Translations under genes and position numbers: made by a program
Part shown: piece after piece, positions 27,170-36,186 of the stretch
Numbering within the stretch: position 1 is the stretch's first letter
How the letters are laid out: each line of letters begins with the position of its first letter
The notes under the pieces: generated by a model
What the model was told of the DNA's origin: nothing
Database searches by the model: none
What the model saw: the letters and a program-made list of their open reading frames with translations, nothing else
Assembly (NCBI GenBank): GCA_036375975.1
Contig: DASVBF010000141.1
Span: 1,703 to 65,702 of the forward strand
DNA length: 64,000 nucleotides
Source: Nocardioidaceae bacterium
GTDB lineage: Bacteria; Actinomycetota; Actinomycetes; Propionibacteriales; Nocardioidaceae
Direction: 5' to 3'

Positions 27170-30100
27170 CTACTTCTGGATCCTGAAGTCCGCCGTGATG
27201 GCCGAGCCGTCGCCGAGCAGTGCACTCGCGCGGTAGCACCCGACCGCGGTGGGCGTCTTCCAGTTCTGGACGAACTGGGAGCCGTCGTACCGCAGTGACG
27301 TGGAGCCGCTGGTCAGCTGGGCCACGGTGTCGGTCAGCGCCCCCGTCTCGCAGATGACGGTGGTGACCTTCAGGCCGGTCACGACGCTCACGTCCTTCTG
27401 CTCCACGCCGTCCTTGTAGACGCGGAACTTCAGGGGCACGGTGCTCCCACCCTTGACGGTGTTGACCATCTTGTTCGCGGAACTGCTCATCCCAACCGGT
27501 GCGAAGAAGCCCTGTGAGCTCCAGACCGGTGTCGGCTGGACGACCACGCAGGTCCGGGTCACGGTGGCCTCCGCCGACCGGGTCAGCCCGACACCGTCCG
27601 TGGCGACGGCGGTGACGGTGTTGTCGCCGCAGGTGAGCTCGACGCTCTGGCTGAACGTCCCGTCACTGGCGACCGTCACCGGCTGACCGTTCACCGTCAC
27701 GCCGACCAGGCCGCTCCCGGCGTCAGTGGCCGTGCCGGACACGGTGGCGCTGCTGGCCGAGGTGCTGGCCGGACCGTCCAGGGTCACCGCGGGGCCGGTC
27801 AGGTCGACCTGCACCGTCGTCGACTTGGCGTCCTCGACGTTGCCGGCGTTGTCGGCGCTGCGGTACTGCAGGGTGTGCGTGCCGTCGCCGAGGGTGACAC
27901 TGCCGCCCTTGGCCCAGGCGCCGCCGTCGACCGAGTACTCGGTGTAGTCGACTCCGGACAGGCCTTCCTGGTCGTCCGCCGTGAAGCTCACGGTGACCGC
28001 CTTGGTCTGCCATCCGGTCGGAGCGTCGGACGTCGTGGTCGGCGCGTTCTTGTCGATGCTGACCGCGCCCACCGTTGCGGAGGCGGTGTTGTCCGCCGCG
28101 TCCGTGGCGTTGCCGGTGACGCTCTGGCCGGCGCCCTCGGTGTCGAGGACCGTGTTGCCGGTGCAGCCGGCCACGCCGGAACGGTCGTCGTTGCACGTGA
28201 ACGACACAGCGACGTCGCTGGTGTACCAGCCGTTCGCGCCCTCGGTGCCGACCTTGCTGCCCTCGATGGTCGGCGCGGTCTTGTCGATCCAGACCGTGTG
28301 GTCCATCGAGTTGACATTGCCGGCGTTGTCGGCTGCCTCCCCATGCACGGTGGTCGTGCCTTCGTCGGACACCGGGGTGTCGCCCGTGCAGGTTGCAGGG
28401 CCGGACAGCGCGTCTCCGCACGTGAAGTGCACGGTGACGGCGGTGTTGTTCCAGCCGGCGCCGTTCTTGGCCGGGTTCTGGGACGAGGTGATGGTCGGCG
28501 CGGTGAGGTCGATGTCGACCTGTGCGGTCTTGGTCGCCTCGACGTTCCCTGCCAGGTCGGTGCTGCGGTACTTCAGCGTGTGCTCGCCCTCGGCGAGCTC
28601 GACCGTCGTGCCTGCCGTCCAGCTGTCGCCGTTGTCCAGGCTGTACTCGGTCTTCGTGACGCCGGACAGGTTGTCCGAGGCGCTCAAGGTGACCGTCACG
28701 TTGTCCTTCTGCCACCCGGTGGGGCTGTCAGCGGTCGTGGTCGGCGCGGTCTTGTCGACCCGGATCGGCCCCACGTGGGCAGAGGCCGTGTTGCCTGCGA
28801 CGTCGGAGACGCTGCCCGTGACGCTCTGGCCGTCGCCCTCGCCCAGCATCACGGGCTCGGGGCAGGTGCCGTCGAGGCCAGAGCCCCCCTCGTCGGCGCA
28901 GGTGAAGGTCACCGTGACGTCGCCGTTGTACCAGCCGTCGACGGGGTCCCGGTCGGGCGCCCCGGCGATGGTGGGAGCCGTCTCGTCGACCTGGACGGTC
29001 ACGTCGTGCTGCTGCTCGACGTTGCCGGCGACGTCCACGCTCCGGTACAGCACCGTGTGGACGCCTTCACCCAGCGTCAGGCTGTCGCCGGGCGCCCACG
29101 TCTCCCCGTCGTCCTGGCTGGACTCGGTGTACGCGACGCCGGACAGACCCTCCTGGTCCGCCGCCGCGAAGTCGAGGGTCACGTCAGCGTTCTGCCAACC
29201 GCTCGGGGCCACGGTCGTGGTCGTGGGCGCGGTCTTGTCGACCTTCACCCCGCCGACCGTGGCAGAGGAGGTGTTGCCCGCCGCGTCGGCCGCGGTGCCG
29301 GAGACGCTCTGTCCTGCGCCTTCACCGAGCGTGCTGCTGCCCGGGCAGCTGGCCACACCGGACCCGGTCTGCGGCGCGGCGTCGGAGCCGGGGTCGGAGC
29401 AGGTGAAGGAGACCGTGACGTCGCTGGTGAACCAGCCTTCGAGCCCCTTCGTGCCCGAGGCGGCGCCGCTGATGGACGGTGCCGTCTTGTCGATGCTGAC
29501 GCTGTGCTGGACCGAGTTGCTGAGGCCCGCGTAGTCGAGGGCGACGCCGGTCTTCGTCGTGGTGCCCTCGTCGGTCACCATGGACGGGCTCGTGCACGAC
29601 TGGACGCCCGACAGGTTGTCGGCACAGGTGAAGGACACGGTCACGTCCGACTTGTTCCAGCCGGACTCGGGCCGGGCCGGGTCCTGTGACGAGGTGATCG
29701 TCGGCGCGGTCAGGTCGATGTCGACGGTGGCCTGCTTGGTGGCTTCCACGTTGCCGGCCAGGTCGGTGCTGCGGTACTCCAGCGTGTGACGCCCTTCGCC
29801 GAGCGCCACGCTCGTGCCCGTGGTCCAGGCGCCGCTGTCGAGGCTGTACTCCGTCTTCGCCACCGTCGAGAGGCTGTCGGACGCGCTGAGTCTGACGGTG
29901 ACGCCGGTCGTCTGCCAGCCGCTCGGAGCATCGGCCGTCGTGGTCGGGGCGGTGCGGTCGATCTTGATGTCGCTCACCGTGGCACTGCTGGTGTTGCCGA
30001 CGTTGTCGGAGACCGTGCCGGTGCGTGAGAGGTTGACGCCCTCGCCGGTCACGGTCTGGTCCGCGGGGCAACCCGGGGCCTTCACCCCGGAGCCGTTGTC

Positions 30101-30712
30101 ACCCGAGCACGTCCAGTGGACGAGTACGTCGCCGCGGTACCAGCCGTTCTGGGCTGCGGGCGTGCCGGACGCCGGAGCGTGCGAGCCGATGATGGTCGGG
30201 GCGGTGTTGTCGAGCCGGTAGTCCTCGGTGTCTGCGGAGTCTTGACCGTCCTTGGTGCTCAGGTCGCAGACGTTCGCGGCCGATGAACCCGAGCCTGAGA
30301 CGTTGGCGACGGTGTACGGCGTGGCGCGGACGGTTCGGAGCCCGTCAGAGCCAGCCGGTGCGTTGAACGTGAACGACCAGGTCGCCGGGTGCCTGGGCAG
30401 AGTGTTGTAGACCGATCCGAGCGTCACGGGACTCGACGCGTTGGTGACGTCGAGGAAGGCCACGCAGTTGGCGGTCGTGTTACCTCCGTTGTTGACCCTG
30501 GTCGCGACGGAGACGGTGAGCGAGTCGCCCTGTTTCGCGTAGGTGACGCCCCCTGCGGTGTACCCCCCGCTGATCGTGGCTGTCGCTGCCTGTGCTGGTC
30601 CTGCTGCCAGGAGCAGCGTGGTCGGGACGGCGACGACGGCCGCAGTCACGGAGCTCAGCAGCCGGCGCGTTCGCCGACCAGTGCCTCCGTGTCCCCCCTG
30701 AAGTTCGAACAT
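27170..30712 (-). CDS. Secreted Ig-like-domain repeat protein with a C-terminal PxKF-like domain
   Basis: The ATG at 30712 gives MFELQGG.... The signal peptide ends in LLLAAGPAQA. Two repeat types alternate: about 95 aa (D.TAPTTT..P.GWQ..V.V...A.D..SGV...YS.D.G.W...EG.HTL.YRS.D.AGN.E) and about 85 aa (TAPTI...GW..DV.V.FTC.D..SG...C...EG..Q.V.G...D.AGN). The last ~120 aa contain GGSTVPLKF. Confidence 0.75.
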   Translation of the reverse strand: MFELQGGHGGTGRRTRRLLSSVTAAVVAVPTTLLLAAGPAQAATATISGGYTAGGVTYAKQGDSLTVSVATRVNNGGNTTANCVAFLDVTNASSPVTLGSVYNTLPRHPATWSFTFNAPAGSDGLRTVRATPYTVANVSGSGSSAANVCDLSTKDGQDSADTEDYRLDNTAPTIIGSHAPASGTPAAQNGWYRGDVLVHWTCSGDNGSGVKAPGCPADQTVTGEGVNLSRTGTVSDNVGNTSSATVSDIKIDRTAPTTTADAPSGWQTTGVTVRLSASDSLSTVAKTEYSLDSGAWTTGTSVALGEGRHTLEYRSTDLAGNVEATKQATVDIDLTAPTITSSQDPARPESGWNKSDVTVSFTCADNLSGVQSCTSPSMVTDEGTTTKTGVALDYAGLSNSVQHSVSIDKTAPSISGAASGTKGLEGWFTSDVTVSFTCSDPGSDAAPQTGSGVASCPGSSTLGEGAGQSVSGTAADAAGNTSSATVGGVKVDKTAPTTTTVAPSGWQNADVTLDFAAADQEGLSGVAYTESSQDDGETWAPGDSLTLGEGVHTVLYRSVDVAGNVEQQHDVTVQVDETAPTIAGAPDRDPVDGWYNGDVTVTFTCADEGGSGLDGTCPEPVMLGEGDGQSVTGSVSDVAGNTASAHVGPIRVDKTAPTTTADSPTGWQKDNVTVTLSASDNLSGVTKTEYSLDNGDSWTAGTTVELAEGEHTLKYRSTDLAGNVEATKTAQVDIDLTAPTITSSQNPAKNGAGWNNTAVTVHFTCGDALSGPATCTGDTPVSDEGTTTVHGEAADNAGNVNSMDHTVWIDKTAPTIEGSKVGTEGANGWYTSDVAVSFTCNDDRSGVAGCTGNTVLDTEGAGQSVTGNATDAADNTASATVGAVSIDKNAPTTTSDAPTGWQTKAVTVSFTADDQEGLSGVDYTEYSVDGGAWAKGGSVTLGDGTHTLQYRSADNAGNVEDAKSTTVQVDLTGPAVTLDGPASTSASSATVSGTATDAGSGLVGVTVNGQPVTVASDGTFSQSVELTCGDNTVTAVATDGVGLTRSAEATVTRTCVVVQPTPVWSSQGFFAPVGMSSSANKMVNTVKGGSTVPLKFRVYKDGVEQKDVSVVTGLKVTTVICETGALTDTVAQLTSGSTSLRYDGSQFVQNWKTPTAVGCYRASALLGDGSAITADFRIQK
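27803..29959 (-). repeat. Segmental coding duplication (period about 1,206 bp) within the Ig-like repeat gene
   Basis: A four-domain block is present twice (aa 252-575 and 654-970). For example, the 38-nt segments starting at 29688 and 28482 share 36/38 identity. Confidence 0.75.
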
Positions 30713-30863
30713 GCTCGAAGAACCTTCCGTTTGCACGGGTACCCCTGATGAGCTCCCCGAGCACGAAGGTATGAACCGCGATGTCCGAATACACCGGAAT
30801 TGGACAGCGAAGTCCCCCGAAACAGCGTTCAAAGACCTAAACGCCCACTGCCTCGGAGCGGTC

Positions 30864-31715
30864 TCAGAGCAGCGAGCGAGCCGCGTCGGCGGCCCGCGCG
30901 CCGTAGCCGCCGCCGAAGAGGCAGGCGTGCACGAGCAGCGGGAACAGCTGGTGCAGCCTGACCCGGTCCTTCCAGCCCTCGGCCAGGGGCGCCTGCTCCT
31001 GGTACGCATCGAGGACCCTTTCGAGCAGGGGCAGACCGAAGAGCGCGAGCATGGCGAGGTCCGTCTCGCGGTGCCCGCCGTACGCCGCAGGGTCGATCAG
31101 CCAGGGCCGGTCCCCGTCGCCCCAGAGCACGTTGCCCGACCACAGGTCGCCGTGCACTCGGGCCGGAGGCTCCTCGGGTCCGTCGAGCTCCGTGAGCCGG
31201 TGCATGACCGACTCCACGGCATTCGCGTCCGAGGGAGTGATCGAGCCGCGGTCGCGGGCCAGCCGGAGGTAGGGAAGGATGCGCCGGCTAGCAAAGAACT
31301 CCGGCCAGGTCGGCAACGGGCGGTTCGGGAGCGGCAGGGTGCCGATGTAGCCGTCCACCTCGGCGCCGAAGGCCGGAGCGCCGGAGCGGTGCGTGACGGC
31401 GAGGAGGCCGCCCAGGCGCTCGGCGGCCTCCGTGGTGGGGCGACCCGGCTCGACCCACTCCAGGATCAGGCAGTCCGGCTCGACGGCCAGCACCCGCGGG
31501 ACGTCGACACCGCCGGCCGAGCGCAGCCACTCCAGGCCGCGGGCCTCCGCCGCGAAGAAGTCCTTCGGGGCGTTGGGCCGGGTCTTGACGAGCGCCGACG
31601 CGCCGCCCGACAGCCGCAGCCTGGTCGAGGTGCAGATGTCTCCGCCCGCGACGGACGTCGTGGCCACCACCGCCCTGCCGAGCAGCCTCTCCGCCCGGCT
31701 CGCGATGGTGCCCAT
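30864..31715 (-). CDS. Fructosamine/ketosamine-3-kinase family protein
   Basis: Kinase motifs HGDLWSGNVLW and DPAAYGGHRETDLAM are present. The ATG at 31715 has GAGG 11 nt upstream. An alternative TTG start lies at 31724. Confidence 0.8.
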   Translation of the reverse strand: MGTIASRAERLLGRAVVATTSVAGGDICTSTRLRLSGGASALVKTRPNAPKDFFAAEARGLEWLRSAGGVDVPRVLAVEPDCLILEWVEPGRPTTEAAERLGGLLAVTHRSGAPAFGAEVDGYIGTLPLPNRPLPTWPEFFASRRILPYLRLARDRGSITPSDANAVESVMHRLTELDGPEEPPARVHGDLWSGNVLWGDGDRPWLIDPAAYGGHRETDLAMLALFGLPLLERVLDAYQEQAPLAEGWKDRVRLHQLFPLLVHACLFGGGYGARAADAARSLL

Positions 31716-31726
31716 CCGCGCCAACC

Positions 31727-32269
31727 TCAGCCGCTCCCCAGCTCTCGTTCGAGCACGGAGACGATGGCGTCGCTGGTGCGCTCGATGATCGCGAGCACGT
31801 GGGTGAACCCGTCGTCGCCTCCGTAGTACGGGTCGGGGACGTCCCGGTCGTGCGGTGTGGCGCGCGGGTCGAAGTCGCGGAACATCCGGAGCCGCTCGGT
31901 CGACCCGCCCTCGGTCAGGTCGGTGAGGTCCTCGTGGTTGCTCTCGTCCATCGCGAGGACCAGGTCGTACTCGTCGTGCCAGTGCGGTTCGAACTGTGCG
32001 GCGCGGTGGGCCGACCCGTCGTACCCGGCCGCGGCCAGAACCGTGGCAGCCCGACGGTCCATGGGGTCGCCGATGTGCCAGTGGCCCGTGCCCGCGCTCA
32101 CCACCTCGACGCGGTCGTCCAGGCCGGCGCGTGCGACCTTCTCGGTGAGCACGACCTCACCGATCGGGGAGCGGCAGATGTTGCCGAGGCAGACCACCAC
32201 GATGCGGTACGGCGCGCCGTCCTGCCGTCGCTTGGGAGGCAGGAGGTTCTCGACCCGAGAGGTGCTCAC
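31727..32269 (-). CDS. Low-molecular-weight protein-tyrosine phosphatase
   Basis: The P-loop is VVCLGNICRSP (CX5R-S), with DP(Y)YG downstream. The GTG at 32269 was chosen. The longer ORF to 33202 runs antisense through neighbouring genes. Confidence 0.8.
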   Translation of the reverse strand: MSTSRVENLLPPKRRQDGAPYRIVVVCLGNICRSPIGEVVLTEKVARAGLDDRVEVVSAGTGHWHIGDPMDRRAATVLAAAGYDGSAHRAAQFEPHWHDEYDLVLAMDESNHEDLTDLTEGGSTERLRMFRDFDPRATPHDRDVPDPYYGGDDGFTHVLAIIERTSDAIVSVLERELGSG

Positions 32270-32280
32270 ACGCAGCGCCT

Positions 32281-32655
32281 TCACTTTCCGTCCGGCAGCA
32301 CGGCCTCGAGGATCCACGTCGCGATCGTGATGATGATCCCGCCGAGCACCGCGGTCCAGAAGCCGTCGACCACGAAGCGCTGCCCGATCTGCTCCGAGAT
32401 CCAGCTCGTCAGGAGAAGCATCAGCGCGTTGATGACGATCAGGAACAGCCCCAGCGTCAGGAGGATGAACGGCAGGGACAGCAGCTTGACCACCGGCTCG
32501 ACGATGGCGTTCACCACGCCGAAGATCAGCGCCACGATGATCAGCGTGACGGCCTGTTCCCCCGTCGTCTTCCCGCCGACCCGGATGCCTTCGAGAAGCC
32601 ACGCCGCGACCGCGAGCGCACCGGCGTTGACGACCACCCAGATCAGGAACCTCAC
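32281..32655 (-). CDS. Four-TM phage-holin-family (Phage_holin_4_2-like) membrane protein
   Basis: It is 124 aa with four hydrophobic helices (FLIWVVVNAGALAVAAWLL..., LLSLPFILLTLGLFLIVINALMLLL). This is a widely conserved actinobacterial small membrane protein. Confidence 0.7.
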   Translation of the reverse strand: MRFLIWVVVNAGALAVAAWLLEGIRVGGKTTGEQAVTLIIVALIFGVVNAIVEPVVKLLSLPFILLTLGLFLIVINALMLLLTSWISEQIGQRFVVDGFWTAVLGGIIITIATWILEAVLPDGK

Positions 32656-32687
32656 GGCGGAATACTGCCAGACCGCGCCGGGTCAGG

Positions 32688-33413
32688 TCAGCCCACCGAG
32701 GGCTCGGTGGACAGGCGCAGGGCCTCGAGCATCGAGCTCTCCGCATGTTCGAGGTGGTGCTCGAGCTCGCCTGCCGCAGCGTCGAGGTCCCCGCGCTCGA
32801 GCAGCGTGAGCAGGGTGCGGTGGGAGGCGACCTGGTCTGGCGCGTTGCGCCGGATCCGGTCCACCTTCGCGAGAGCGAGCCTGATCTCCGCGTAGAGCGC
32901 GTCCGCCAGCGCGAGCAGACGCGGTGACTCGGTGAGCCCGGCGAGGCTGCGGTGGATTCCCAGGTGAGCCGCGGTGAGCTCGCTCGGGCTGGCCTGGCTC
33001 GACGCTGCGGTGTGGAAGTCGACGAGCGCCTGCCGCACGGCGTCGCGGGCCTGCTCGCTCGCCTCGGCCCAACGACGTACGCCGGCCACCTCCAGCACCG
33101 CGCGGGCGCGGGCCACGTCACGCACAGCACCGGGGTCCAGCTCGGTGACGAACACACCGCGATTGGGCTCCCGGGTGGCGAGACCTTCGGCCACGAGCAC
33201 ACCGAGAGCCTCCCTGATCGTCGACCTGGAGACCCCCATCGCGTCGGCCAGGGCCACCTCGCGCAGCGGGGTGCCGGCCTCGACCTCGCCGTCGAAGAGG
33301 GCCCGGCGGAGCTCCTCGACGACCCGGTCGACGGTGGAGGAGTGCTCGAGGCTGAGCGTGGCGAACGGGCCGGAGCCTTCGGCCGTCGAGGCGGCGCCCG
33401 GGCGGTCGGTCAT
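32688..33413 (-). CDS. GntR-family transcriptional regulator (FadR/FCD type)
   Basis: The winged HTH reads LREVALADAMGVSRSTIREALGVLVAEGLATREPNRGVFV. An all-helical C-terminal domain follows. It is divergent from the amidinotransferase gene. Confidence 0.8.
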   Translation of the reverse strand: MTDRPGAASTAEGSGPFATLSLEHSSTVDRVVEELRRALFDGEVEAGTPLREVALADAMGVSRSTIREALGVLVAEGLATREPNRGVFVTELDPGAVRDVARARAVLEVAGVRRWAEASEQARDAVRQALVDFHTAASSQASPSELTAAHLGIHRSLAGLTESPRLLALADALYAEIRLALAKVDRIRRNAPDQVASHRTLLTLLERGDLDAAAGELEHHLEHAESSMLEALRLSTEPSVG

Positions 33414-33577
33414 CTGCCTGCTCTCTCGGGGACGGAACCTGGTCGACGGTCTTCACGCGTCCACAGCATTGTCCGACAAAAGTTGACTCAGGTGAACCGG
33501 GACCGCAGAATGAGTGTCTGCCTGATTGTCAGACAATCGGGCAAGACGTGAACACGACTCGGCGAGGGAGGCGAGAG

Positions 33578-34471
33578 ATGGGTCAGCAGCTGCAGTGGGG
33601 CCGTCGGTACCTGATGGTGGAGCCCAACCACTTCCGCGTGGACTACGCGATCAACCCGTACATGGACATCCACCACCAGCCCGACCACGTGCGCGCACGT
33701 GAGCAGTGGCTCGACCTCGTCGACGCCGTCCGGGCCGCGGGTGGTGAGGTGGAGGTTCTCGAGCAGCGCCCGGACGCCCCCGACATGGTCTACGCGATGA
33801 ACCTCGGCCTCGTCGCGAACACCCCTCGGCGGCAGCGCGTGATGCTCTCCCACATGCGCTACGCCGAGAGGCGGATGGAGACGCTCACCGCGGCCCCGTG
33901 GTTCGCCGAGGCCGGCTTCGCCACCTCGCTCCTCGGGCGCGAGGGCGTCGGCCCGCACTTCGAGGCCGGTGACGCCTTCCCCTGGCGTGACTCGCTCGTC
34001 GTCGGGTACGGCCCGCGCACGGAGCACCTCGGCCTCAAGCACCTCGCGGTCGGGCTCGACGTACGGGTTCGCGGGCTTCGGATCACCCACCCGGGGATGT
34101 ACCACCTCGACCTGGCGTTCTGCCCGCTCGACGACACCCGAGCCATGGTCTGCCCCGCCGCCTTCGACGAGGAGTCGGCGGCTGCGGCGCTCGGCATGGT
34201 GCCTGAGCCGCTCGTGCTCTCGGAGGAGGAGGCGCTCACCTTCTGTGCGAACTCCGTCGTGGTCGGCAGGACCATCCTGATGCCGGTGTGTCCCGACCGG
34301 GTCCGGGCCCAGCTGGAGGAGTGGGGCTTCGAGATCGTGCTCGTCGACGTGAGCGAGTTCCACAAGGGCGGCGGCTCGATTCGCTGCATGACCAACCCAC
34401 TCGACATCGTGGTCGGCCGCGACCTGCCAGAGGTCCCCGGCGGCGCGGTCGTCCTGCCGCCACAGGCCTGA
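33578..34471 (+). CDS. Amidinotransferase-superfamily enzyme (dimethylarginine dimethylaminohydrolase-like)
   Basis: The sequence reads YLMVEPNHFRVDYAINPYM, with a C-terminal catalytic Cys context HKGGGSIRCMT. The ATG at 33578 is preceded by GGGAGG. Confidence 0.7.
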   Translation: MGQQLQWGRRYLMVEPNHFRVDYAINPYMDIHHQPDHVRAREQWLDLVDAVRAAGGEVEVLEQRPDAPDMVYAMNLGLVANTPRRQRVMLSHMRYAERRMETLTAAPWFAEAGFATSLLGREGVGPHFEAGDAFPWRDSLVVGYGPRTEHLGLKHLAVGLDVRVRGLRITHPGMYHLDLAFCPLDDTRAMVCPAAFDEESAAAALGMVPEPLVLSEEEALTFCANSVVVGRTILMPVCPDRVRAQLEEWGFEIVLVDVSEFHKGGGSIRCMTNPLDIVVGRDLPEVPGGAVVLPPQA

Positions 34472-34488
34472 GCGCCGGCGTGTCCGGC

Positions 34489-34513
34489 CCCGGCGGATCA
34501 GGTGCCCGCCGGG
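34489..34513 (+). terminator. Stem-loop 18 nt after the amidinotransferase stop
   Basis: An 8-bp GC stem pairs cccggcgg (34489-34496) with ccgccggg (34506-34513). There is no U-tract. Confidence 0.35.
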
Positions 34514-35163
34514 ACCGGCACGGTCGTCCCCCCACCTTGGCCCCGGGCGGTTCCAGGAGGCCGCCGGTGTCGACTGTCGCGCGGCGATACCCTGGCCGAG
34601 TCGAGTTCGATGACCCCCAACTGGCTGTCGGCCTCGAAAACCGTCCGGTGCTCGGCGGTCGGTTCACGTACCCCCGAACCGATCGCCTGAGTCCATCTTC
34701 GACCCGTTCGCAACCGATTGAGTAGTAAAAAGACGCCAGAACGGGGGATCCCGTAGCGAATGACGTGAGGAGACCCCAGGGTCGTGGCCCGCCCGGACTA
34801 CTAGGGTTCCCCCCGGCTGGGTCTCCGCTGCTTCCGACGGGGTCTCACGCGACGTGCCGCCGAGCTCGGCGATCCCCTGAACGGGTGACTAGGCCCATCG
34901 GGGCATTTGGGACGGCGTTCCGCCGCCGCGTCCGGCAGATCGACGAGGCGCACGAGGAGCTCGCAGGGACCCTCGGCCCGAACGGCGACGGGCCGGAGAG
35001 ATCGGGGAGGCAACCCGGCCCGGCGGCTGCGCGGCCCGTCGTCGGAAGGCCTGCTTCGCGCGGGTCCCGTCGCACCGAACCTACCTCGTCCGGCTCGCTC
35101 CGGCCACGTACGAGGCACGCATCGCACAGCTCGCCCCGCGCCTCCAACCCAGGTCACCCACGC

Positions 35164-36129
35164 TCACGTGACCAGCGGCGGCTCGACCTGGACCGGGACC
35201 CGCCGGGCGGTCTGGGCGAGCACGATCCCGAGCACGACCGCCACCCCGCCGGTCAGGGCCACGGCGTCCATGCGCTCGTCGAACCACACCCAGCCCAGTG
35301 CGCTGACGCCCACGGGCTCGAGCATCGCGACCATCGTCACCGTCGTCGCCTTCAGGTGACGCAGGGCGGAGAGCTCCACGCCGAAAGGCACCACGGTGCC
35401 GAGCACGACGATCCACGTCAGCAGAAGCCAGACGGGCGCCCGGTAGTCGGACAGGGCGCCGAGCAGCGACACCCCCTCGTCCAGCAGTGCGGTGTCGAAA
35501 TCCGTGATCGGCGAGACGAGGTTGAGCGCGAGCGACGCGACCAGGAACGACCACACGATCACCCGAAGGGGGTCGAGGGCGCCGACGCCATGCTCGCCGA
35601 TCAGGAAGTAGGCAGCGAAGCAGACCGCCGCACCGAAGCCCGCGGCGATCCCGACCGGGTCGAACGTCGCTCCGCTCGTGATCCCCGTTGCCGCGGCGAG
35701 ACCTCCCGTGGCGAGCAGGAGGCCGACCCACATTCGCGGGAGCACGGCCTCCTTCTGCACCAGCCGTGCCCAGAGAGCGACGAGGATCGGCGCCTGGTAC
35801 TCCAGCAGGAGCGCCATCCCGACGGGCAACCGGTCGATGGCGACGAAGTAGGTCCACTGCAGGGCCGCCACTCCGACGAGCCCGTGAGCTACCACGAGGA
35901 GTCGCAGGCGCCCGCTCGGCGGTCGCAGGGCGCCGCGGCGGAACAGCGCCGCGACGAGCGCGAGGACCACGAAGGTGCCTGTGACCCGGATCGTGGTGAG
36001 CGTGACAGGGTCGACGCCGGCCCGCAGCGCCACCCGGGACACGCCGGCGTTCACGATGAACAGCGTCGCGCCGAGAACGACCAGGGCGAAGCCACGCACG
36101 GTCGAGGCTGACGGTTCACGGTTCGGCAC
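35164..36129 (-). CDS. EamA/DMT-family transporter
   Basis: It has ten hydrophobic segments in two EamA-like halves. The GTG at 36129 was chosen. The ORF extension to 36777 is antisense to the aminotransferase gene. Confidence 0.7.
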   Translation of the reverse strand: MPNREPSASTVRGFALVVLGATLFIVNAGVSRVALRAGVDPVTLTTIRVTGTFVVLALVAALFRRGALRPPSGRLRLLVVAHGLVGVAALQWTYFVAIDRLPVGMALLLEYQAPILVALWARLVQKEAVLPRMWVGLLLATGGLAAATGITSGATFDPVGIAAGFGAAVCFAAYFLIGEHGVGALDPLRVIVWSFLVASLALNLVSPITDFDTALLDEGVSLLGALSDYRAPVWLLLTWIVVLGTVVPFGVELSALRHLKATTVTMVAMLEPVGVSALGWVWFDERMDAVALTGGVAVVLGIVLAQTARRVPVQVEPPLVT

Positions 36130-36186
36130 CGGACGAGTGTAAGGGGCGAAACCCAGGCTTGCTCCTGTCGCATCACTGGCTGCGAC

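Noticed and set aside
32270-33202. The extension of the LMW-PTP ORF to 33202, and likewise the extension of the EamA ORF from 36130 to 36777.
   Set aside because: Both extensions overlap well-supported genes in other frames or strands (the holin-family and GntR genes, and the aminotransferase gene). They lack any family motifs.
34472-35163. Possible tmRNA, RNase P RNA, SRP RNA or tRNA in the large convergent gap.
   Set aside because: I looked on both strands for the conserved cores: GAGGAAAGTCCGG for RNase P, GGAAG-GAAGCAGC with a GNRA loop for SRP, the tRNA-like GGTTCGA.TCC...CCA end plus an Ala-rich tag frame for tmRNA, and T-arm/acceptor pairing for tRNA. None is present. The GGAAGCAGC match on the minus strand lacks the flanking SRP helix.
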